From assembly GCA_964016885.1 (NCBI GenBank), contig OZ024741.1, forward strand, positions 132,370,001-132,434,000: 64,000 nucleotides of DNA, written 5' to 3'. This DNA is from Eledone cirrhosa (taxonomy: Eukaryota). Below the pieces are notes generated by a model. The model made no database searches, was not told the origin of the DNA, and saw only the letters and a program-made list of their open reading frames with translations. The position numbers were made by a program, and so were the translations under genes. Positions 42,461 through 55,300 of this stretch are shown one piece after another. Each line of letters begins with the position of its first letter. Position 1 is the stretch's first letter.

Positions 42461-45400
42461 ACGCCTTTCACTAGATAATTCAGTTAAACAAGCCACACTG
42501 AGGCTATGGACTGACGTCTTTTTACTAGATAATTCAGTTAAACAAGCCACACTGAGGCTATGGTCTGACGTCTTTTTACTAGATAATTCAGTTAAACAAG
42601 CCACACTGAAGCTATGGTCCGACGTCTTTTTGCTACATAATTCAGTTAAACAAGCCACACTGAGGCTATGGACTGACATCTTTTTACTAGATAATTCAGT
42701 TAAACAAGCCACACTGAGGCTATGGTCTGACGTCTTTTTACTAGATAATTCAGTTAAACAAGCCACACTGAGGCTATGGTCTGACGTCTTTTTACTAGAT
42801 AATTCAGTTAAACAAGCCAGACTGAGGCTATGGACTGACGTCTTTTCACTAGATAATTCAGTTAAACAAGCCACACTGAGGCTATGGACTGACGTCTTTT
42901 TACTAGATAATTCAGTTAAACAAGACGCACTGAGGCTATGGACTGACGTCTTTTTACTAGATAATTCAGTTAAACAAGCCACACTGAGGCTATGGTCTGA
43001 CGTCTTTTCACTAGATAATTCAGTTAAACAAGCCAAACTGAGGCTATGGTCTGACGTCTTTTCACTAGATAATTCAGTTAAACAAGCCGCACTGAGGCTA
43101 TGGACTGACGTCTTTTTACTAGATAATTCAATTAAACAAGCCACACTGAGGCTATGGTCTGACGTCTTTTCACTAGATAATTCAGTTAAACAAGCCACAC
43201 TGAGGCTATGGTCTGACGTCTTTTCACTAGATAATTCAGTTAAACAAGCCACACTGAGGCTATGGACTGACGTCTTTTTACTAGATAATTCAGTTAAACA
43301 AGCCACACTGAGACTATGGTCTGACGTCTTTTCACTAGATAATTCAGTTAAACAAGCCACACTGAGGCTATGGACTGACGTCTTTTTACTAGATAATTCA
43401 GTTAAACAAGCCACACTGAGGCTATGGACTGACGTCTTTTTACTTGATAATTCAGTTAAACAAGCCGCACCGAGGCTATGGACTGACGTCTTTTTACTAG
43501 ATAATTCAGTTAAACAACCCACACTGAGGCTATGGACTGGCGTCTTTTTACTAGATAATTCAGTTAAACAAGCCACACTAAGGCTATGGTCTGACGTCTT
43601 TTCACTAGATAATTCAGTTAAACAAGCCACACTGAGGCTATGGACTGACGTCTTTTTACTAGATAATTCAGTTAAACAAGCCACACTGAGGCTATGGACT
43701 GGCGTCTTTTTACTAGATAATTCAGTTAAACAAGCCACACTGAGGCTATGGTCTGACGTCTTTTCACTAGATAATTCAGTTAAACAAGCCACACTGAGGC
43801 TATGGACTGACGTCTTCTCACTAGATAATTCAGTTAAACAAGCCGCACTGAGGCTATGGACTGACGTCTTTTTACTAGATAATTCAGTTAAACAAGCCAC
43901 ACTGAGGCTATGGTCTGACGTCTTTTCACTAGATAATTCAGTTAAACAAGCCACACTGAGGCTATGGACTGACGTCTTTTTACTAGATAATTCAGTTAAA
44001 CAAACCACACTGAGGCTATGGTCTGACGTCTTTTTACTAGATAATTCAGTTAAACAAGCCACACTGAAGCTATGGTCTGACGTCTTTTTACTAGATAATT
44101 CAGTTAAACAAGCCACACTGAGGCTATGGACTGACATCTTTTTACTAGATAATTCAGTTAAACAAGCCCCACTGAAGCTATGGTCTGACGTCTTTTTACT
44201 AGATAATTCAGTTAAACAAGCCACACTGAGGCTATGGACTGACGTCTTTTTACTAGATAATTCAGTTAAACAAGCCGCACTGAGGCTATGGTCTGACGTC
44301 TTTTCACTAGATAATTCAGTTAAACAAGCCACACTGAGGCTATAGACTGACGTCTTTTTACTAGTTAATTCAGTTAAACTAGCCACACTGAGGCTATGGT
44401 CTGACGTCTTTTCACTAGATAATTCCGATAAACAAGCCACACTGAAGCTATGGACTGACGTATTTTTACTAGATAATTCAGTTAAACAAGCCACACTGAG
44501 GCTATGGTCTGACGTCTTTTCACTAGATAATTCAGTTAAACAAGCCACACTGAGGCTATGGACTGACATCTTTTTACTAGATAATTAAGTTAAACAAGCC
44601 ACACTGAGGCTATGGACTGACGTCTTTTTACTAGATAATTCAGTTAAACAAGCCGCACCGAGGCTATGGACTGGCGTATTTTTACTAGATAATTCAGTTA
44701 AACAAGCCACACTGAGGCTATGGACTGACGTCTTTTTACTAGATAATTCAGTTAAACAAGCCACACAGAGTCTATGGTCTGACGTCTTTACACTAGATAA
44801 TTCAGTTAAACAAGCCACACTAAGGCTATGGACTGACGTCTTTTCACTAGATAATTCAGTTAAACAAGCCGCACTGAGGCTATGGACTGACGTCTTTTTA
44901 CTAGATAATTCAGTTAAACAAGCCACACTGAGGCTATGGTCTGACGTCTTTTCACTAGATAATTCAGTTAAACAAGCCACACTGAGGCTATGGACTGACG
45001 TCTTTTTACTAGATAATTCAGTTAAACAAGCCACACTGAGGCTATGGTCTGACGTCTTTTTACTAGATAATTCAGTTAAACAAGCCTCACTGAAGCTATG
45101 GTCTGACGTCTTTTTACTAGATAATTCAGTTAAACAAGCCACACTGAGGCCATGTCTGACATCTTTTTACTAGATAATTCAGTTAAACAAGCCACACTGA
45201 AGCTATGGTCTGACGTCTTTTTACTAGATAATTCAGTAAAACAAGCCACACTGAGGCTATGGACTGACATCTTTTTACTAGATAATTCAGTTAAACAAGC
45301 CACACTGAAGCTATGGTCTGACGTCTTTTTACTAGATAATTCAGTTAAACAAGCCACACTGAGGCTATGGACTGGCATCATTTTACTAGATAATTCAGTT

Positions 45401-48400
45401 AAACAAGCCACACTGAAGCTATGGTCTGACGTCTTTTTACTAGATAATTCAGTTAAACAAGCCACACTGAGGCTATGGACTGACATCTTTTTACTAGATA
45501 ATTCAGTTAAACAAGCCACACTGGAGCTATGGTCTGACGTCTTTTTCCTAGATAATTCAGTTAAACAAGCCACACTGAGGCTATGGCCTGACGTCTTTTT
45601 ACTAGATAATTCAGTTAAACAAACCACACTGAGGCTATGGTCTGACGTCTTTTTACTAGATAATTCAGTTAAACAAGCCACACTGAAGCTATGGTCTGAC
45701 GTCTTTTTACTAGATAATTCAGTTAAACAAGCTACACTGAGGCTATGGACTGACATCTTTTTACTAGATAATTCAGTTAAACAAGCCACACTGAAGCTAT
45801 GGTCTGACGTCTTTTTACTAGATAATTCAGTTAAACAAGCCACACTGAGGCTATGGACTGACGTCTTTTTACTAGATAATTCAGTTAAACAAGCCGCAGT
45901 GAGGCTATGGTCTGACGTCTTTTCACTAGATAATTCAGTTAAACAAGCCACACTGAGGCTATAGACTGACGTCTTTTTACTAGTTAATTCAGTTAAACTA
46001 GCCACACTGAGGCTATGGTATGACGTCTTTTCACTAGATAATTCCGATAAACAAGCCACACTGAGGCTGTGGACTGACGTCTTTTTACTAGATAATTCAG
46101 TTAAACAAGCCACACTGAGGCTATGGACTGACGTCTTTTTACTTGATAATTCAGTTAAACAAGCCGCACCGAGGCTATGGACTGACGTCTTTTTACTAGA
46201 TAATTCAGTTAAACAAGCCACACTGAGGCTATGGACTGGCGTCTTTTTACTAGATAATTCAGTTAAACAAGCCACACTAAGGCTATGGTCTGACGTCTTT
46301 TCACTAGATAATTCAGTTAAACAAGCCACACTGAGGCTATGGACTGACGTCTTTTTACTAGATAATTCAGTTAAACAAGCCACACTGAGGCTATGATCTG
46401 ACGTCTTTTCACTAGATAATTCAGTTAAACAAGCCACACTGAGGCTATGGACTGACGTCTTTTTACTAGATAATTCAGTTAAACAAACCACACTGAGGCT
46501 ATGGACTGACGTCTTTTTACTAGATAATTCAGTTAAACAAGCCGCACCGAGGCTATGGACTGACGTCTTTTTACTAGATAATTCAGTTAAACAAGCCACA
46601 CTGAGGCTATGGACTGGCGTCTTTTTACTAGATAATTCAGTTAAACAAGCCACACTGCGGCTATGGTCTGACGTCTTTTCACTAGATTATTCAGTTAAAC
46701 AAGCCACACTGAGGCTATGGACTGACGTCTTCTCACTAGATAATTCAGTTAAACAAGCCGCACTGAGGCTATGGACTGACGTCTTTTTACTAGATAATTC
46801 AGTTAAACAAGCCACACTGAGGCTATGGTCTGACGTCTTTTCACTAGATAATTCAGTTAAACAAGCCACACTGAGGCTATGGACTGACGTCTTTTTACTA
46901 GATAATTCAGTTAAACAAGCCACACTGAAGCTATGGTCTGACGTCTTTTTACTAGATAATTCAGTTAAACAAGCCGCACTGAGGCTATGGTCTGACGTCT
47001 TTTCACTAGATAATTCAGTTAAACAAGCCACACTGAGGCTATAGACTGACGTCTTTTTACTAGTTAATTCAGTTAAACTAGCCACACTGAGGCTATGGTC
47101 TGACGTCTTTTCACTAGATAATTCCGATAAACAAGCCACACTGAAGCTATGGACTGACGTATTTTTACTAGATAATTCAGTTAAACAAGCCACACTGAGG
47201 CTATGGTCTGACGTCTTTTCACTAGATAATTCAGTTAAACAAGCCACACTGAGGCTATGGACTGACGTCTTTTTACTAGATAATTAAGTTAAACAAGCCA
47301 CACTGAGGCTATGGACTGACGTCTTTTTACTAGATAATTCAGTTAAACAAGCCGCACCGAGGCTATGGACTGACGTATTTTTACTAGATAATTCAGTTAA
47401 ACAAGCCACACTGAGGCTATGGACTGACGTCTTTTTACTAGATAATTCAGTTAAACAAGCCACACAGAGTCTATGGTCTGACGTCTTTTCACTAGATAAT
47501 TCAGTTAAACAAGCCACACTAAGGCTATGGACTGACGTCTTTTCACTAGATAATTCAGTTAAACAAGCCGCACTGAGGCTATGGACTGACGTCTTTTTAC
47601 TAGATAATTCAGTTAAACAAGCCACACTGAGGCTATGGTCTGACGTCTTTTCACTAGATAATTCAGTTAAACAAGCCACACTGAGGCTGTGGACTGACGT
47701 CTTTTTACTAGATAATTCAGTTAAACAAGCCACACTGAGGCTATGGTCTGACGTCTTTTTACTAGATAATTCAGTTAAACAAGCCTCACTGAAGCTATGG
47801 TCTGACGTCTTTTTACTAGATAATTCAGTTAAACAAGCCACACTGAGGCCATGTCTGACATCTTTTTACTAGATAATTCAGTTAAACAAGCCACACTGAA
47901 GCTATGGTCTGACGTCTTTTTACTAGATAATTCAGTTAAACAAGCCACACTGAGGCTATGGACTGACATCTTTTTACTAGATAATTCAGTTAAACAAGCC
48001 ACACTGAGGCTATGGTCTGACGTCTTTTCACTAGATAATTCAGTTAAACAAGCCACACTGAGGCTATGGACTGACGTCTTTTTACTAGATAATTCAGTTA
48101 AACAAGCCACACTGAGGCTATGGTCTGACGTCTTTTTACTAGATAATTCAGTTAAACAAGCCTCACTGAAGCTATGGTCTGACGTCTTTTTACTAGATAA
48201 TTCAGTTAAACAAGCCACACTGAGGCCATGTCTGACATCTTTTTACTAGATAATTCAGTTAAACTAGCCACACTGAGGCTATGGTCTGACGTCTTTTCAC
48301 TAGATAATTCCGATAAACAAGCCACACTGAAGCTATGGACTGACGTATTTTTACTAGATAATTCAGTTAAACAAGCCACACTGAGGCTATGGTCTGACGT

Positions 48401-51400
48401 CTTTTCACTAGATAATTCAGTTAAACAAGCCACACTGAGGCTATGGACTGACGTCTTTTTACTAGATAATTAAGTTAAACAAGCCACACTGAGGCTATGG
48501 ACTGACGTCTTTTTACTAGATAATTCAGTTAAACAAGCCGCACCGAGGCTATGGACTGACGTATTTTTACTAGATAATTCAGTTAAACAAGCCACACTGA
48601 GGCTATGGACTGACGTCTTTTTACTAGATAATTCAGTTAAACAAGCCACACAGAGTCTATGGTCTGACGTCTTTTCACTAGATAATTCAGTTAAACAAGC
48701 CACACTAAGGCTATGGACTGACGTCTTTTCACTAGATAATTCAGTTAAACAAGCCGCACTGAGGCTATGGACTGACGTCTTTTTACTAGATAATTCAGTT
48801 AAACAAGCCACACTGAGGCTATGGTCTGACGTCTTTTCACTAGATAATTCAGTTAAACAAGCCACACTGAGGCTGTGGACTGACGTCTTTTTACTAGATA
48901 ATTCAGTTAAACAAGCCACACTGAGGCTATGGTCTGACGTCTTTTTACTAGATAATTCAGTTAAACAAGCCTCACTGAAGCTATGGTCTGACGTCTTTTT
49001 ACTAGATAATTCAGTTAAACAAGCCACACTGAGGCCATGTCTGACATCTTTTTACTAGATAATTCAGTTAAACAAGCCACACTGAAGCTATGGTCTGACG
49101 TCTTTTTACTAGATAATTCAGTTAAACAAGCCACACTGAGGCTATGGACTGACATCTTTTTACTAGATAATTCAGTTAAACAAGCCACACTGAGGCTATG
49201 GTCTGACGTCTTTTCACTAGATAATTCAGTTAAACAAGCCACACTGAGGCTATGGACTGACGTCTTTTTACTAGATAATTCAGTTAAACAAGCCACACTG
49301 AGGCTATGGTCTGACGTCTTTTTACTAGATAATTCAGTTAAACAAGCCTCACTGAAGCTATGGTCTGACGTCTTTTTACTAGATAATTCAGTTAAACAAG
49401 CCACACTGAGGCCATGTCTGACATCTTTTTACTAGATAATTCAGTTAAACAAGCCACACTGAAGCTATGGTCTGACGTCTTTTTACTAGATAATTCAGTA
49501 AAACAAGCCACACTGAGGCTATGGACTGACATCTTTTTACTAGATAATTCAGTTAAACAAGCCACACTGAAGCTATGGTCTGACGTCTTTTTACTAGATA
49601 ATTCAGTTAAACAAGCCACACTGAGGCTATGGACTGGCATCTTTTTACTAGATAATTCAGTTAAACAAGCCACACAGAAGCTATGGTCTGACGTCTTTTT
49701 ACTAGATAATTCAGTTAAACAAGCCACACTGAGGCTATGGACTGACATCTTTTTACTAGATAATTCAGTTAAACAAGCCACACTGGAGCTATGGTCTGAC
49801 GTCTTTTTCCTAGATAATTCAGTTAAACAAGCCACACTGAGGCTATGGCCTGACGTCTTTTTACTAGATAATTCAGTTAAACAAACCACACTGAGGCTAT
49901 GGTCTGACGTCTTTTTACTAGATAATTCAGTTAAACAAGCCACACTGAAGCTATGGTCTGACGTCTTTTTACTAGATAATTCAGTTAAACAAGCTACACT
50001 GAGGCTATGGACTGACATCTTTTTACTAGATAATTCAGTTAAACAAGCCACACTGAAGCTATGGTCTGACGTCTTTTTACTAGATAATTCAGTTAAACAA
50101 GCCACACTGAGGCTATGGACTGACGTCTTTTTACTAGATAATTCAGTTAAACAAGCCGCAGTGAGGCTATGGTCTGACGTCTTTTCACTAGATAATTCAG
50201 TTAAACAAGCCACACTGAGGCTATAGACTGACGTCTTTTTACTAGTTAATTCAGTTAAACTAGCCACACTGAGGCTATGGTATGACGTCTTTTCACTAGA
50301 TAATTCCGATAAACAAGCCACACTGAGGCTGTGGACTGACGTCTTTTTACTAGATAATTCAGTTAAACAAGCCACACTGAGGCTATGGACTGACGTCTTT
50401 TTACTTGATAATTCAGTTAAACAAGCCGCACCGAGGCTATGGACTGACGTCTTTTTACTAGATAATTCAGTTAAACAAGCCACACTGAGGCTATGGACTG
50501 GCGTCTTTTTACTAGATAATTCAGTTAAACAAGCCACACTAAGGCTATGGTCTGACGTCTTTTCACTCGATAATTCAGTTAAACAAGCCACACTGAGGCT
50601 ATGGACTGACGTCTTTTTACTAGATAATTCAGTTAAACAAGCCACACTGAGGCTATGATCTGACGTCTTTTCACTAGATAATTCAGTTAAACAAGCCACA
50701 CTGAGGCTATGGACTGACGTCTTTTTACTAGATAATTCAGTTAAACAAACCACACTGAGGCTATGGACTGACGTCTTTTTACTAGATAATTCAGTTAAAC
50801 AAGCCGCACCGAGGCTATGGACTGACGTCTTTTTACTAGATAATTCAGTTAAACAAGCCACACTGAGGCTATGGACTGGCGTCTTTTTACTAGATAATTC
50901 AGTTAAACAAGCCACACTGCGGCTATGGTCTGACGTCTTTTCACTAGATTATTCAGTTAAACAAGCCACACTGAGGCTATGGACTGACGTCTTCTCACTA
51001 GATAATTCAGTTAAACAAGCCGCACTGAGGCTATGGACTGACGTCTTTTTACTAGATAATTCAGTTAAACAAGCCACACTGAGGCTATGGTCTGACGTCT
51101 TTTCACTAGATAATTCAGTTAAACAAGCCACACTGAGGCTATGGACTGACGTCTTTTTACTAGATAATTCAGTTAAACAAACCACACTGAGGCTATGGTC
51201 TGACGTCTTTTTACTAGATAATTCAGTTAAACAAGCCACACTGAAGCTATGGTCTGACGTCTTTTTACTAGATAATTCAGTTAAACAAGCCACACTGAGG
51301 TTATGGACTGACATCTTTTTACTAGATAATTCAGTTAAACAAGCCACACTGAAGCTATGGTCTGACGTCTTTTTACTAGATAATTCAGTTAAACAAGCCA

Positions 51401-52330
51401 CACTGAGGCTATGGACTGACGTCTTTTTACTAGATAATTCAGTTAAACAAGCCGCACTGAGGCTATGGTCTGACGTCTTTTCACTAGATAATTCAGTTAA
51501 ACAAGCCACACTGAGGCTATAGACTGACGTCTTTTTACTAGTTAATTCAGTTAAACTAGCCACACTGAGGCTATGGTCTGACGTCTTTTCACTAGATAAT
51601 TCCGATAAACAAGCCACACTGAAGCTATGGACTGACGTATTTTTACTAGATAATTCAGTTAAACAAGCCACACTGAGGCTATGGTCTGACGTCTTTTCAC
51701 TAGATAATTCAGTTAAACAAGCCACACTGAGGCTATGGACTGACGTCTTTTTACTAGATAATTAAGTTAAACAAGCCACACTGAGGCTATGGACTGACGT
51801 CTTTTTACTAGATAATTCAGTTAAACAAGCCGCACCGAGGCTATGGACTGACGTATTTTTACTAGATAATTCAGTTAAACAAGCCACACTGAGGCTATGG
51901 ACTGACGTCTTTTTACTAGATAATTCAGTTAAACAAGCCACACAGAGTCTATGGTCTGACGTCTTTTCACTAGATAATTCAGTTAAACAAGCCACACTAA
52001 GGCTATGGACTGACGTCTTTTCACTAGATAATTCAGTTAAACACGCCGCACTGAGGCTATGGACTGACGTCTTTTTACTAGATAATTCAGTTAAACAAGC
52101 CACACTGAGGCTATGGTCTGACGTCTTTTCACTAGATAATTCAGTTAAACAAGCCACACTGAGGCTGTGGACTGACGTCTTTTTACTAGATAATTCAGTT
52201 AAACAAGCCACACTGAGGCTATGGTCTGACGTCTTTTTACTAGATAATTCAGTTAAACAAGCCTCACTGAAGCTATGGTCTGACGTCTTTTTACTAGATA
52301 ATTCAGTTAAACAAGCCACACTGAGGCCAT
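42461..52330. repeat. Satellite domain E: nested duplications marked by the GAGGCCATGTCTGACATC deletion monomer
   Basis: The deletion monomer occurs at 45152, 47851, 48228, 49037, 49414 and 52329 (50, 7, 15, 7 and 54 monomers, each less 1 bp). ORFs 45130..46653 and 49392..50915 are near-identical (shift 4262). ORFs 47284..47841 and 48470..49027 are identical (shift 1186). Confidence 0.8.
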
Positions 52331-55300
52331 GTCTGACATCTTTTTACTAGATAATTCAGTTAAACAAGCCACACTGAAGCTATGGTCTGACGTCTTTTTA
52401 CTAGATAATTCAGTTAAACAAGCCACACTGAGGCTATGGACTGACATCTTTTTACTAGATAATTCAGTTAAACAAGCCACACTGAAGCTATGGTCTGACG
52501 TCTTTTTACTAGATAATTCAGTTAAACAAGCCACACTGAGGCTATGGACTGGCATCTTTTTACTAGATAATTCAGTTAAACAAGCCACACTGAAGCTATG
52601 GTCTGACGTCTATATACTAGATAATTCAGTTAAACAAGCCACACTGAGGCTATGGACTGACATCTTTTTACTAGATAATTCAGTTAAACAAGCCACACTG
52701 GAGCTATGGTCTGACGTCTTTTTCCTAGATAATTCAGTTAAACAAGCTACACTGAGGCTATGGCCTGACGTCTTTTTACTAGATAATTCAGTTAAACAAA
52801 CCACACTGAGGCTATGGTCTGACGTCTTTTTACTAGATAATTCAGTTAAACAAGCCACCCTGAAGCTATGGTCTGACGTCTTTTTACTAGATAATTCAGT
52901 TAAACAAGCTACACTGAGGCTATGGACTGACATCTTTTTACTAGATAATTCAGTTAAACAAGCCACACTGAAGCTATGGTCTGACGTCTTTTTACTAGAT
53001 AATTCAGTTAAACAAGCCACACTGAGGCTATGGACTGACGTCTTTTCACTAGATAATTCAGTTAAACAAGCCACACTGAGGCTATCGACTGACGTCTTTT
53101 TACTAGTTAATTCAGTTAAACTAGCCACACTGAGGCTATGGTCTGACGTCTTTTCAGTAGATAATTCCGATAAACAAGCCACACTGAGGCTGTGGACTGA
53201 CGTATTTTTAATAGATAATTCAGTTAAACAAGCCACACTGAGGCTATGGTCTGACGTCTTTTCACTAGATAATTCAGTTAAACAAGCCACACTGAGGCTA
53301 TGGACTGACGTCTTTTTACTAGATAATTAAGTTAAACAAGCCACACTGAGGCTATGGACTGACGTCTTTTTACTAGATAATTCAGTTAAACAAGCCGCAC
53401 CGAGGCTATGGACTGACGTCTTTTTACTAGATAATTCAGTTAAACAAGCCACACTGAGGCTATGGACTGACGTCTTTTTACTAGATAATTCAGTTAAACA
53501 AGCCACACTGAGGCTATGGTCTGACGTCTTTTCACTAGATAATTCAGTTAAACAAGCCACACTAAGGCTATGGACTGACGACTTTTCACTAGATAATTCA
53601 GTTAAACAAGCCGCACTGAGGCTATGGTCTGACGTCTTTTTACTAGATAATTCAGTTAAACAAGCCACACTGAGGCTATGGTCTGACGTCTTTTCACTAG
53701 ATAATTCAGTTAAACAAGCCACACTGAGGCTATGGACTGACGTCTTTTTGCTAGATAATTCAGTTAAACAAGCCACGCTGAGGCTATGGTCTGACGTCTT
53801 TTTACTAGATAATTCAGTTAAACAAGCCACACTGAAGCTATGGTCTGACGTCTTTTTACTAGATAATTCAGTTAAACAAGCCACACTGAGGCCATGGACT
53901 GACATCTTTTTACTAGATAATTCAGTTAAACAAGCCACACTGAGGCTATGGACTGACGTCTTTTTACTAGATAATTCAGTTAAACAAGCCACACTGAGGC
54001 TATGGTCTGACGTCCTTTTACTAGATAATTCAGTTAAACAAGCCAGACTGAGGCTATGGACTGACGTCTTTTTACTAGATAATTCAGTTAAACAAGCCAC
54101 ACTGAGGCTATGGTCTGACGTCTTTTTACTAGATAATTCATTTAAACAAGCCACACTGAGGCTATGGTCTGACGTCTTTTTACTAGATAATTCAGTTAAA
54201 CAAGCCACACTGAGGCTATGGACTGACGTCTTTTTACTAGATAATTCAGTTAAACAAGCCACACTGAGGCTATGGACTGACGTCTTTTTACTAGATAATT
54301 CAGTTAAACATGCCACACTGAGGCTATGGACTGACGTCTTTTTACTAGATAATTCAGTTAAACAAGCCACACTGAGGCTATGGTCTGGCGTCTTTTCACT
54401 AGATAATTCAGTTAAACAAGCCACACTCAGGCTATGGTCTGACGTCTTTTTACTAGATACTTCAGTTAAACAAGCCACACTGAGACTATGGTCTGACGTC
54501 TTTTTACTAGATAATTCAGTTAAACAAGCCACACTGAGGCTATGGACTGACGTCTTTTTACTAGATAATTCAGTTAAACAAGCCACACTGAGGCTATGGT
54601 CTGACGTCTTTTTACTAGATAATTCAGTTAAACAAGCCACGCTGAGACTATGGTCTGACGTCTTTTTACTAGATAATTCATTTAAACAAGCCACACTGAG
54701 GCTATGGACTGATATCTTTTTACTAGATAATTCAGTTAAACAAGCCACACTGGGGCTATGGTCTGACGTCTTTTTACTAGATAATTCAGTTAAACAAGCC
54801 ACACTGAGGCTATGGACTGAGTTCTTTTTACTAGATAATTCAGTTAAACAAGCCAGACTGAGGCTATGGACTGACGTCTTTTTACTAGATAATTCAGTTA
54901 AACAAGCCACACTGAGGCTATGGACTGACGTCTTTTTACTAGATAATTCAGTTAAACAAGCCACACTGAAGCTATGGTCTGACGTCTTTTTACTAGATAA
55001 TTCAGTTAAACAAGCCACACTGAGGCTATGGACTGGCATCTTTTTACTAGATAATTCAGTTAAACAAGCCACACTGAAGCTATGGTCTGACGTCTATATA
55101 CTAGATAATTCAGTTAAACAAGCCACACTGAGGCTATGGACTGACATCTTTTTACTAGATAATTCAGTTAAACAAGCCACACTGGAGCTATGGTCTGACG
55201 TCTTTTTCCTAGATAATTCAGTTAAACAAGCCACACTGAGGCTATGGCCTGACGTCTTTTTACTAGATAATTCAGTTAAACAAACCACACTGAGGCTATG

